A stretch of DNA of 37,093 bases from Candidatus Methylomirabilota bacterium (GCA_046726415.1 JBKPAK010000080.1:1-37093), one strand, 5' to 3'. Positions 10,281-18,930 are shown, numbered from the stretch's first letter. Made by a program: numbers and translations. The notes: generated by a model not told the origin, from the sequence alone.

Positions 10281-10690
10281 CGCCGTCCTCCGCGATAGTC
10301 CACATACAGGGTGGGATCCTCCCACACGCGGACCTGCCAGAGGCGGTCGGGGTCGAGCTTGGGAGCCAGCAGTTCCCAGATGGCAATGGCGATGTTCTCG
10401 GTGGTGGGAACGCGATCCCGGAAGAGCGGATCGACGTTGAGATCAGCGTGATCGAAGCGCTCGACCACTATCTCGCTCACGATGCGCTTCAGCTCAGCCA
10501 GATCCATCACCATGCCCGTCCGCGCGTCGATCGGCCCGCGCACGGTGACATCCAGCGTGTAGTTGTGCCCATGCGGCACGGTGAGGGTGCCGAACACCCG
10601 GCGGTTCTCGGCTTCACTCCAGGCGGAAACCCAGTAACGGTGTCCGGCCGAGAAGGTGAAGCGTCGCGTGGTCGAGGCCAGGTCGCTCAT
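10277..10690 (-). CDS. 6-pyruvoyl-tetrahydropterin synthase family protein (lacks the catalytic Cys)
   Basis: FSAGHRYW...SEAENRRVFGTLTVPHGHNY and PTTENIA motifs; ATG 10690. Confidence 0.88.
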   Translation of the reverse strand: MSDLASTTRRFTFSAGHRYWVSAWSEAENRRVFGTLTVPHGHNYTLDVTVRGPIDARTGMVMDLAELKRIVSEIVVERFDHADLNVDPLFRDRVPTTENIAIAIWELLAPKLDPDRLWQVRVWEDPTLYVDYRGGRR

Positions 10691-11760
10691 CGGCCGCAGG
10701 CTTCCAGGAACCGGCGGGCGACCGGCACGAGGTCGAGCGCCTGCACGCGACGCCGGCCCGCCTCGCCGATATCCTTCCGAAGCCCTTCGTTCACGAGCAG
10801 CGTTTCGATGGCCTGGGCCAGTTCCGTCGGCCGACGGGGACTGACGAGGAGTCCCGTGACACCGTCGGTGACGACCTCCGGCACCGCGGCGGCCCGACAC
10901 GCTACGATGGGCAGACCGGCCGCCATCGCTTCGGTGAAGGCGATCCCGAATCCCTCCTGGATGCTGGGGAGACAGAAGCACTGGGCATTCACGTATTCGG
11001 CGGCCAATGTCTGACGACTCACGTCGCCCAGGAGCGCGACGGTCGACTCCAGACCCAGTCGAGCCCGCTGGCCACGCACCGCGGCCATTTCCGGCCCGTT
11101 TCCTACGATGCGCACCTCGACACGAGGGATTCGGGTCCGGAGGAGCGCCGCCGCGTCGAGCAGGTCGCCGAGCCGCTTGCGCGGGTACATCCGCGCCACG
11201 GCAAGCACGGTGGGACGGTCCGCGGGACGACGGCATCCCGCCTCGGCGAAGCGACGACGCCACTCCCCCAGATCGATCGGCTCGGGCACCACAGCCAGGC
11301 GGTCGCGGGGGATCCCGTAGAGCGCGCGCACGATGTCGGCGCAGTACTGACTCGTCACGATCACGCGGTCGGCCAGGTGGAGATTGCGGCGCTCCCAGCG
11401 AGCCTGGACGCTGAGCAGCAGGCGTACCCCGCCGCGTTCGTTGCGCAGCTCGTCGGCGATGACCCCCTTGGGTGTCGCCACGAACGCGGAGCGCCGTCGC
11501 CGGCGCCGGTTCCCGCGCGCCCACAAGAATCCGTCGAGGTCCACCCCGACCACGAGATCGCCGCGGGGCGGCGCCATGACCATCGCCGCGTTGTAGAGCC
11601 AGCGGTCGAAGGTGTGGAAGCGGGTGCGCACACGCAGCGGGCGAACCGCGACATTGTGGCCAAGGGCGGTCAGCCCCCGGGCCAATCCGTCGACCGCGAC
11701 GAATGTTCCGCTACCCTCGATCGCGCTCGGCGGCGTCGAGCTGAGCACATCGACGTTCAC
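10687..11760 (-). CDS. Glycosyltransferase family 4 (GT-B)
   Basis: ARMYPRK, PSIQEGFGIAFTEAMAAGLP (EX7E) and PEVV..GVTGLL motifs; GTG 11760. Confidence 0.9.
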   Translation of the reverse strand: MNVDVLSSTPPSAIEGSGTFVAVDGLARGLTALGHNVAVRPLRVRTRFHTFDRWLYNAAMVMAPPRGDLVVGVDLDGFLWARGNRRRRRRSAFVATPKGVIADELRNERGGVRLLLSVQARWERRNLHLADRVIVTSQYCADIVRALYGIPRDRLAVVPEPIDLGEWRRRFAEAGCRRPADRPTVLAVARMYPRKRLGDLLDAAALLRTRIPRVEVRIVGNGPEMAAVRGQRARLGLESTVALLGDVSRQTLAAEYVNAQCFCLPSIQEGFGIAFTEAMAAGLPIVACRAAAVPEVVTDGVTGLLVSPRRPTELAQAIETLLVNEGLRKDIGEAGRRRVQALDLVPVARRFLEACGR

Positions 11761-11767
11761 GCGGCAG

Positions 11768-12550
11768 TTACCGTCCCTGGAAGCGGGGCCGACGCTTTTC
11801 CAGGAAGGCCCGCGTGCCTTCCTTGTAATCCTGGCTCTCGTACGTTTCGAGCGAGAGCGCGCCAAGGCGCTGACGCCGCGTCTCGTCCAGCCCCTCGACG
11901 TACAGCTGGACCGTGGCCTTGGCGCCTCGCACGGACAGGGGAGCGTTATCGGCGACCTGCTCGAGGTACTCGTAGGTGGCCGACTCTAACTCGTCGGCCG
12001 GCAACAGGCGCTGGATGAAGCCGATGGCCAAGGCCTCGTGGTCGCCCACGGTGCGCGCCGAGAACAGGATGTCCTTCGCGTAGGCAGGGCCGACCAACTC
12101 CACGAGCTGGCCCACGGCATCGGCACCGTAAATAATGCTGAGCCGTGCCGCCGGGATGCCGAACTGCGCTCCCTCGGCGGCGAAGCGCAGATCGCACGCC
12201 ATGGCCACGGCCATGGCGCCGCCCATGCAGTAGCCGTGAATCATGGCCACCGTGGGCTTTGGACACCCGCGGATGGCGGCGTAGGCCGCGTCGGTCTGGG
12301 CTCCGTAGCGCAGGGCTGTCTCCGTGTCCTTGCGGTACTCCTGGAACTCGGAGATGTCGGCGCCCGAGGCGAAGGCCTGGCGCCCGGCCCCCCGGTAGAC
12401 GACACCGCGCACGGTGTCGTCATCCCTCAAGGCACGACTGATCCGCGCAAGCTCCCCCCACATCGCGAAGCTGATGGCGTTGCGCATCCGGGGGCGGTTG
12501 ATGACGACGGTAGCGATGGCGCCCGTGCGCTCCACGAGGACATCACTCAT
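11768..12550 (-). CDS. Enoyl-CoA hydratase/isomerase family protein
   Basis: NRP..RNA, FASGADISEF, GYCMGG, ACDLR and EGTRAFLEKR motifs. Confidence 0.92.
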   Translation of the reverse strand: MSDVLVERTGAIATVVINRPRMRNAISFAMWGELARISRALRDDDTVRGVVYRGAGRQAFASGADISEFQEYRKDTETALRYGAQTDAAYAAIRGCPKPTVAMIHGYCMGGAMAVAMACDLRFAAEGAQFGIPAARLSIIYGADAVGQLVELVGPAYAKDILFSARTVGDHEALAIGFIQRLLPADELESATYEYLEQVADNAPLSVRGAKATVQLYVEGLDETRRQRLGALSLETYESQDYKEGTRAFLEKRRPRFQGR

Positions 12551-12656
12551 TGCGCCACCTCGACGATCGGCCGCTCCGCACGGTCGTGACACTGCTGACG
12601 AAGACACGGTTCAGCCGTGGAGTACATGGGCTGAAAGTGTAGCACCGTCAGGAGGA

Positions 12657-12731
12657 TGGTGGCGGTGGGAGGAATTGAACCTCCGACACGGGGCTTATGA
12701 GACCCCTGCTCTGCCGCTGAGCTACACCGCC
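12657..12731 (-). tRNA. tRNA-Met (CAU), probably elongator
   Basis: Reverse complement GGCGGTGTAGCTCAGCGGCAGAGCAGGGGTCTCATAAGCCCCGTGTCGGAGGTTCAATTCCTCCCACCGCCACCA: full cloverleaf, CAT anticodon, G1-C72 pair (not initiator), encoded CCA. Confidence 0.93.
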
Positions 12732-13282
12732 GTGAGTTCGGTAGGCCGCGCAGTTGCAGTACAGGATTTTACGACAGCAGACGCGAGGGTGCCCGAGAAC
12801 GTGCCATCGGGCCTCCGCTTCGCTTCGCGCAGGTCGGCACCCCTGAGCACCGCGTACCGCGGGGTAGACGCCCTCGGTCTTGTTCGGCCTTCCACCCTCG
12901 GTCCACGCGAAGCGAGATGCGGCGCCCAGCAGGTCATCCCTGGACTGTTTCCACGCCGAGAAGGCCAGCGGCCAAGTGGAGGCCGTCGATCCTGCCCGCT
13001 CCAAGCCTCCTGGAGAAGTGTCGAGAGACCTAAAGGAGACCGGACAATGGCGACGGCACCGCACTCGACGCTCGCGTGGCCCGGCACTGGCCGGTCATCT
13101 GATCCAGTGGTCCGTTGACCACCGCGAACATCGACGGTGATTGGATCGCACTGCTAGATTTTCCTGACATCGCGTTCCCGTCTACGAGACGCTCGGCGCG
13201 GGCGCCACGGTCCAGGGTTCGAGCCCAGTTTCCGCCACCCACAACAATGAGGGCGAAAGCCTTCTCCCGCACTGATCCGCGT

Positions 13283-13603
13283 TCATCTCGAACTGGATGC
13301 TATGAACTGACTCCAGGAGCCTCTCGAGTCATCGACATGGAAGGCCATCAGGTTTCCAGTTTGGCAAGCAGGTGCTATCGAGGTATGAAAACCTGGATTG
13401 CTTGTGGCGAAAAATCCACCTTCTTGGGGAAAGACGTAGAGCCACGTCGTTGCGCCGTCGGAAACGGTATAGCAGTGAGACGCATGGACCAAGTGCCAAC
13501 CCGTCGTAACAGCGGCCGAAATATTCGCGGGGCTTTGGGCTTCGACTCCGCCGAGGGAAGCAAGGAGGGCGATCAATCCCAATACAGTAGACTTGATGAT
13601 CAT
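13283..13603 (-). CDS. Hypothetical secreted protein
   Basis: SD AAGGAG, signal peptide (VEA|Q), two Cys, beta-rich aromatic body; visibly lower GC than the flanks. Confidence 0.7.
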   Translation of the reverse strand: MIIKSTVLGLIALLASLGGVEAQSPANISAAVTTGWHLVHASHCYTVSDGATTWLYVFPQEGGFFATSNPGFHTSIAPACQTGNLMAFHVDDSRGSWSQFIASSSR

Positions 13604-13691
13604 GTCCGGCTCCTTTCAGGATGAAGGTGCCAAACAGGCTTATCGCACAAATAAGGGCCACGTCAATTGGACTTTTGGTCGAATCCCCCTT

Positions 13692-14047
13692 CAGAGCTGG
13701 CGCCGGCCGATGACCAGAATTTGGGCGGTGCCTTTGAGACTTGGGACACCTCGGATGGTCGTGGCGCCCCGCTTGAGAGCTGCGACGAGGGCGGTGATGG
13801 GCACGTCAGGATTGCCCGACAGGCCCGGCTCAGGCGGGAACGCGACAATCGCCTGAAGAACTCACCTCGTCGACATCGACTGCTCGTCAACATCGGCGGC
13901 GAGCAACTGGACCCTGGTCGAGTCGTGGGCGGGCTTTCCCGATTCGATGCGGAGGTCAACATGGAGCAGGACATCCTTCACCGAGGTGTCGCCCTTCACC
14001 CCGCCTTGCTTCGGCGCCGTCAGTTCGACGAAGCGGGAGATCTCCGC
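13692..14047 (-). pseudogene. Possible degraded gene fragment
   Basis: The minus frame reads protein-like (EISRFVELTAPKQGG...LLAADVDEQSMSTR*VLQAIVAFPPEPG...ILVIGRRQL*) with an internal TGA at 13862-13864 and no clear start. Confidence 0.3.
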
Positions 14048-14304
14048 TCAGGCGCCTCTGGCGCAGTCGTCGTTCCGTGGCGAGTGGCGCGAAAGGAGCG
14101 CGACCTGCCGCGCGGTCGGACATGTTCAATCTCCGGGCGAACCAAGTCGCTGGCCTGGGTGGTAGGAAGCCTTGCCCTGCCGGCTCCCCAACGGGCGCGG
14201 AGAAATGACATCATGGACGAAGCCACTCTCCTGCCCATCGTGGAGGGCATGCTGCATGGCCAACCAGACGCCGGAGCAACTAGGGCGGCGGACGGCGAGG
14301 CCAG

Positions 14305-14718
14305 TCAGCGCGCGGAGGCCGGATCTCTCGGTTCGTGACACTCGCCGGCGTCATCACACCAGGGGCAGACTCCTGTTTCCTTGCGCCACTCGCGTGCGGT
14401 GAGCGTGTAGATCGCCACGGCGAGCTCGGGGCCCAATTCGTCCATGACCCGCGCTTGCTCGTCGCGGAAGGTTTTGCACTCCTCCGCGGAGGGGCTGCCC
14501 GGACGCAGCAGGAGGGCGAAGGCGCCGCGCAGGAGCTTCCGGTACTCCCCAGTGAGCACCACCAGTTCGAGAAGTTGGAGCTTGTGAGTCTTGAGGGCCG
14601 ACTGGATCTCGGGGGTCAGGACGCCGTCTGGTGCCTTGACTCCCAGACGGGCGCCGCGCACGCGCAACGTGGCTCCCTGTCGATACAGATTGGCCAGAAC
14701 CGTCGAGGGCGTTGTCAC
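14305..14718 (-). CDS. Small protein with TubC N-terminal docking-domain-like fold and C-terminal CxxC..C-H
   Basis: GTG 14718 behind SD GGAGGAGG; L..L...GATLRVRGARLGVKAPDGVLTPEIQSALKTHKLQLLELV pattern; CPWCDDAGECH. Confidence 0.7.
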   Translation of the reverse strand: MTTPSTVLANLYRQGATLRVRGARLGVKAPDGVLTPEIQSALKTHKLQLLELVVLTGEYRKLLRGAFALLLRPGSPSAEECKTFRDEQARVMDELGPELAVAIYTLTAREWRKETGVCPWCDDAGECHEPRDPASAR

Positions 14719-14749
14719 ATTTCTTCCTCCTCCACCGAGGGGAAACCCG

Positions 14750-14764
14750 GCAAAGCTTGTACCA
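14750..14764 (-). promoter_or_regulatory. sigma54 (-24/-12) promoter
   Basis: The minus strand reads TGGTAC-AAGCT-TTGC (GG-N10-GC), ~30 bp upstream of GTG 14718. Confidence 0.7.
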
Positions 14765-14881
14765 AGCGCCCATCCACGCGGCATCCGCCGCAATGAGCCG
14801 CACGTAGACACGCGCCTGACCAGACACGCGGACAGCGGTGGGTGAAGTTGGGAAGTCGGTCGGCCACTTTCTGATCAGGTC

Positions 14882-14890
14882 TGCTATACT
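14882..14890 (+). promoter_or_regulatory. Extended -10 promoter (TGCTATACT)
   Basis: TGn-TATACT upstream of the acidic-protein gene, which has a GGAGGAG SD. Confidence 0.5.
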
Positions 14891-14962
14891 TCGCCGGGAT
14901 CGCGGCCGCCGCGATTCCGTCACTCAACGCCAGGCCGGACGCCGGCTCGGAGGAGCCTTCAC

Positions 14963-15241
14963 ATGCAGTTTCGAACACGCCCCTGGTACGACGATCCCCT
15001 GCTCCGACAGGAACCGATTGAGGATGACGACGAGGAGGAGGACGAGGATCTCGAGGATGACGAGGAGGACGAGGAGGACGAGGACCTCGATGACCTGGAG
15101 GACGAGGACCTCGACGACGATGACGACGATCTCGATGAGGATTTCGATGAGGACGATGACGACCTCGATGAGGTTGACGACGAGAGCGAGGAGGACGACG
15201 ACGCCGACGAAGACGAGTCCGACGATGACGACGATGAGTAG
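14963..15241 (+). CDS. Hyper-acidic low-complexity protein (92 aa, 65 Asp/Glu)
   Basis: SD GGAGGAG, ATG, a 19-aa ordinary head, then a 73-aa D/E tract with mixed synonymous codons. Confidence 0.7.
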   Translation: MQFRTRPWYDDPLLRQEPIEDDDEEEDEDLEDDEEDEEDEDLDDLEDEDLDDDDDDLDEDFDEDDDDLDEVDDESEEDDDADEDESDDDDDE

Positions 15242-15268
15242 GTGACCCTCGACGGGAGGAGAGGATCC

Positions 15269-15994
15269 ATGGGCGAAGGATGGCTTTTCCTACTGCGGTG
15301 GTTTCATTTTCTCGCCGGCATCACGTGGATCGGGATGCTGTACTACTTCAATTTCGTGCAAACGCCGTTCTTCGCCAAGGCAGATCCCCCCGTCCGATCG
15401 GGCATGATCACGGGCGGCCTCCTGGCCAGCGCTCTCTGGTGGTTTCGCTGGGGAGCGATGATCACCCTCGCCACCGGCTGGCTCTACATCCTGCATAAAG
15501 TGTTCGCCGAGTACGGAGGCGTCGCCGGATTCCTGGGCACGGCATACGCCTGGAAGATCCTCTTCGGAGGTCTGCTCGGCACGCTGATGTGGTATAATGT
15601 TTGGTTTATCATCTGGCCGGCTCAGCAGGTGGTGATGGCCTCAGCATCCGAGGTGGCCCGGGGCGGCAAGGCCATTCCGGAGGCCGCCGCCAGGGGAGCG
15701 CGCGCCGGTGTCACGTCGCGGACCAACACCATGCTATCCATCCCCATGTTGTTCTTCATGGGCGCCGCATCCCACCTGCGGATGGCGGATCTCGCGTCAG
15801 CTAGTCAGGGGTGGGCCGCTCTCGTCCTTCTCGTCATCGTCATGGCCGCCGCGGAGATCAACGCGGTGGTGGGCCCAGCCACCCCTGACAGGGCGAGCGC
15901 GGGTAAGAAGCTTCTGGCCACCCTGAACGGAACCTTCTGGGCGGGTTTCATCCTGACCGCCATCCTCTACATCGGACTGGAAATCATCCTCTAG
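15269..15994 (+). CDS. Urate hydroxylase PuuD N-terminal-domain-like membrane protein
   Basis: LRWFHFLAGITWIG.LYYFN, NVWFIIWPAQ and SRTNT.LSIPMLFFM motifs; multiple TM helices. Confidence 0.8.
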   Translation: MGEGWLFLLRWFHFLAGITWIGMLYYFNFVQTPFFAKADPPVRSGMITGGLLASALWWFRWGAMITLATGWLYILHKVFAEYGGVAGFLGTAYAWKILFGGLLGTLMWYNVWFIIWPAQQVVMASASEVARGGKAIPEAAARGARAGVTSRTNTMLSIPMLFFMGAASHLRMADLASASQGWAALVLLVIVMAAAEINAVVGPATPDRASAGKKLLATLNGTFWAGFILTAILYIGLEIIL

Positions 15995-16128
15995 GGACTC
16001 CGAGTGCCCGAGCGCGAGATCGGCAGCTCAGCCGGCGAACCCCGCCCCGGGGCGCACCTCAACAAATCGACCCGCCCCCTGAACGACGCTGGCCCGAGGT
16101 AGGCCACGGAGCCGCCGTCATCCAGCGC

Positions 16129-16452
16129 TCAGCGCAAGTACGCAGTGAGCGCGTCGATGTCGGGCGCCAGGGCCGGCATGGGCGGCATGACCTTTGTCGG
16201 CCTTTTGGGGGAATACCCGGGCGGGTATTCCCCCCTCACAACTTTCGCCTCCAGCAGGGCCTTGGAAGCATTGCGCACCGCGGGCCCTACCGCTCCCGCC
16301 TGAGCGGGGTCGGTGGCGTGGCACTGCGTGCACTGCGACATATAGACTTGCCGGCCGCGCTCGGCGAGGGGATCGGCCGGCTTCGAGGAGTCGCCGCAGC
16401 CAGTCAGGGCAAGGCCCACGGCCGCCGCGACTAGGCCCGGGCGGACGGTCAT
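16129..16452 (-). CDS. Monoheme cytochrome c lipoprotein
   Basis: Lipobox LTGC, CTQCH heme motif and distal MP; ATGA overlap with the upstream gene. Confidence 0.88.
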   Translation of the reverse strand: MTVRPGLVAAAVGLALTGCGDSSKPADPLAERGRQVYMSQCTQCHATDPAQAGAVGPAVRNASKALLEAKVVRGEYPPGYSPKRPTKVMPPMPALAPDIDALTAYLR

Positions 16453-17030
16453 GTGAGGTCGCGGGCCAGGCTGCGCTTCGTCTCCACAGACAGGATCGTG
16501 CGGGCGTGCTCGTTCGGATGGTCGACCACGAGTGTCACCTCATACTGCTCGAAGTTGCGTTGGGCCTCGACGGGAAGCGGAAAGCGGACGAAGTGGACGG
16601 CACTGATCTTCCCGCGTTCCTCATCGGAATGCCCCGTCTCGAACGCCCCCACGATGGTGTACGGGCCGGCCTTCAGGCGGACATAGTTTCGGCTGTCGAT
16701 GCCCAGCAGCTTGTCCAGCACGGGCTTGATCTGCGCGGGGTCCTCGATCTCGATGAGCATCGTCGCCGCGAGCTCGCTCGATGCCGGAAGAAGGGCGTTG
16801 TTCCCCGCGACCTCCTCGGCGATCTTGTCGTCGGCCACGATGCGCTCGGCCCGGCACATTTCTTGGATCTGGAACCAGACGGTCTCGCGGTTCTCAAAGA
16901 CAAAGGACACGTGGCGTCCCACCTGGACGCGCCGCACCGCCTTCTGCTCGATGACGGCGCGTCGGCGCGCATCGCGGACCTTCTCGTAGTCGTAGACGTT
17001 CAGGATCTCGTGAGGGGCAATGGGCCTCAT
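16449..17030 (-). CDS. DUF3501 family protein
   Basis: FENRETVWFQIQEM.RAE and SAVHFVRF motifs; typical position after rubrerythrin-RFO. Confidence 0.88.
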   Translation of the reverse strand: MRPIAPHEILNVYDYEKVRDARRRAVIEQKAVRRVQVGRHVSFVFENRETVWFQIQEMCRAERIVADDKIAEEVAGNNALLPASSELAATMLIEIEDPAQIKPVLDKLLGIDSRNYVRLKAGPYTIVGAFETGHSDEERGKISAVHFVRFPLPVEAQRNFEQYEVTLVVDHPNEHARTILSVETKRSLARDLT

Positions 17031-18304
17031 GGTGTGTCGTCCAGCCCGTACGCGGTGGCCAGGATCTGGATCGGATGCCGGGGCGTCGCTCCAGTCCCCT
17101 GGGCGATCTGGAGGGCGGCCAGCGGGCAGTCCGTGGCCACCATCGGCGCCCCCGCCACGCGCACGGCGTCGAACAGCGGTTTGGCCACCGACAGAGAGAG
17201 CTCGTAATACTCCTTCTTGAAACCCCAGGTGCCGTCCACCGCCGAACAGCGCTCGATGACGTCGACCTCGGCCCCGGGGATGGCGCGCAGCACATCGGTA
17301 GACTTCGTTCCGATGTTCTGCGCTCTCAGATGACAGGGGAGCTGGTATGCCACCTTGCCGATGGCACGCGTGAAGTTCGTGTCGAGGGCTCCGCCGGCCT
17401 GGAGTCGCGCCAGGTACTCGAAGAGGTCGAGGGTCCGCGAGGCGACCAGCTTGGAGTCGGCCGAGCCGTCGAGCCACGGATACTCTTGCTTCAGCATGTA
17501 GCTGCAGGTTGGACCGGGCGCCACGATGTCACACCCCCCGCGCACGGCCTCGGCCAGCGAGCGGACGTTATCGCGGATCAGTCCGCGCGCGTCCTCGACC
17601 GCCCCGCCGTCGAGATAGGGCATTCCGCAGCATCGCTGAGCCGGGAGTGTCACCTCGACGCCGTTTCGCTCCAGGACGCGCACCGTCGCGCGCCCCACTG
17701 CGGGCTGGTGGTACTCGACCTGGCAGGTCGCAAAGAGCGCCACCTTTCGCTCTCTAGGCGGCTCGCCGGCCGAAGGGGGTCGGCCGCGGAACCAAGTGGA
17801 AAAGGTCTGGCGCTGGAAGCGCGGGAGATTGCGGTCCTTGTGGAGGCCGAGCACGGGCTGCATGAACGCCCGATGTAGGCTCACCTCGTTCATCCAGTTC
17901 GAGAGGGGCGCCGTCGCGCTGCCCAGCTTCCCCACGAGATCAGTGTTGCCCAGCACCTTATCTTGAAGCCGGATGCCGCGGTGGCGCGCCTGCGCCGCAC
18001 GAGCGCGCAGCATCAACCGCGGGAAATCAACCTCCCAGCGGTGCGGCGGGGTATACGGGCAGTGATTGAAGCAGAGCTTGCACTGGTAACAGAGGTCGAC
18101 CACCTCCTGGACGTCCGGGGCAGGGAGTTTCTCGACGTCGCCGTCGACCGCCTCCACGTCCAGCCGGTCGAACAAGACCTTGAAGGACGGGCACAGGGGC
18201 AGGCAGCGGCGGCAGCCGCTGCAGATGTCGTAGACGCGGCGAAGCTCCTGATCGACCTTCCCCGGTTTCCAGAATTCGGGCAGCCGAAAGTCTAGCGTTC
18301 CCAT
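17027..18304 (-). CDS. Rubrerythrin-associated Fe-S oxidoreductase (GlpC/CCG family)
   Basis: CSGCRRC..LC, CYQCKLC..HCP, CCGMP and PCH motifs; ATG 18304 behind AGGAG. Confidence 0.9.
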   Translation of the reverse strand: MGTLDFRLPEFWKPGKVDQELRRVYDICSGCRRCLPLCPSFKVLFDRLDVEAVDGDVEKLPAPDVQEVVDLCYQCKLCFNHCPYTPPHRWEVDFPRLMLRARAAQARHRGIRLQDKVLGNTDLVGKLGSATAPLSNWMNEVSLHRAFMQPVLGLHKDRNLPRFQRQTFSTWFRGRPPSAGEPPRERKVALFATCQVEYHQPAVGRATVRVLERNGVEVTLPAQRCCGMPYLDGGAVEDARGLIRDNVRSLAEAVRGGCDIVAPGPTCSYMLKQEYPWLDGSADSKLVASRTLDLFEYLARLQAGGALDTNFTRAIGKVAYQLPCHLRAQNIGTKSTDVLRAIPGAEVDVIERCSAVDGTWGFKKEYYELSLSVAKPLFDAVRVAGAPMVATDCPLAALQIAQGTGATPRHPIQILATAYGLDDTP

Positions 18305-18373
18305 GTGATTCTCCTGCGGCGATCTCCACCGCTCCCGGGCGGCCGCCACCGCCCGCCGGTGGCGCCAGAAGGC

Positions 18374-18432
18374 CCCCGCGGTGCGCCGCGCCGAGGATTG
18401 CCAGGCCGGACGGTGCGGCGAGCGCCGCGGGG
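18374..18432. other. Intergenic GC-rich stem-loop between rubrerythrin and RFO
   Basis: CCCCGCGG...CCGCGGGG perfect 8-bp outer stem plus an inner GCCGC/GCGGC stem. Confidence 0.4.
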
Positions 18433-18480
18433 TGCTTTCTTATCCCAGGCCTACCGGACGGAGATTACCGTCGGGCGACG

Positions 18481-18930
18481 CTAGATCGCCTCGGCCGGCT
18501 CCCTGCCCTTGATCTGGGTGAGCCCCTTGTTGAAGCGGCCGGCGTGCGACTTCTCGGCCTTGGCCAGCGTCTCGAACCACTCGGAGAGTTCCGCAAAGCC
18601 CTCCTCACGGGCCGTCTTGGCCATGCCGGGGTACATCTGGGTGTATTCGTAGGTCTCCCCGGCCACCGCCGCCTTGAGGTTCAGCTCCGTCTTCCCCATG
18701 GGCTCACCGGTCGCCGGGTCGCCCACCTCCTTGAGGAAGTCAAGGTGACCGAAGGCGTGTCCGGTCTCGGCGTCTGCCGTGTCTTTGAACAGGCCCGCGA
18801 TGTCCGGGAAGCCCTCGATGTCCGCCACGCGCGCGAAGTAGAGATAGCGGCGGTTCGCCTGGGACTCGCTGGCGAACGCCTCCTTGAGATTCTCCAGACT
18901 CTTGGTGCTCTTGAGACTCTTACCGGCCAT
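18481..18930 (-). CDS. rbr: Rubrerythrin (short type, no rubredoxin domain)
   Basis: [28 protein letters not shown] and AEKSHA di-iron motifs; SD AAGGAGG. Confidence 0.95.
   Translation of the reverse strand: MAGKSLKSTKSLENLKEAFASESQANRRYLYFARVADIEGFPDIAGLFKDTADAETGHAFGHLDFLKEVGDPATGEPMGKTELNLKAAVAGETYEYTQMYPGMAKTAREEGFAELSEWFETLAKAEKSHAGRFNKGLTQIKGREPAEAI

Noticed and set aside
9310-10690. Queuosine or 7-deazaguanine DNA-modification (dpd) cluster
   Set aside because: No queC, queE, queF, tgt or dpdA in the window; SDR and GT4 neighbours fit pterin synthesis better. Not fully excluded, given the CX3HGH spacing.
12657-12731. tRNA-Ile2 (TilS substrate) or initiator tRNA
   Set aside because: The GGCGGTG acceptor has a G1-C72 pair (not initiator) and G4/G5 rather than the C4/C5 typical of Ile2; proximity to tilS is probably incidental.
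13862-13864. Second possible Sec UGA
   Set aside because: No Cys/redox motif context, no downstream hairpin and no start codon; treated as a pseudogene stop.
13667-14338. 223-aa plus-strand ORF
   Set aside because: No recognisable motifs; the composition looks like the antisense shadow of a degraded minus-strand frame.
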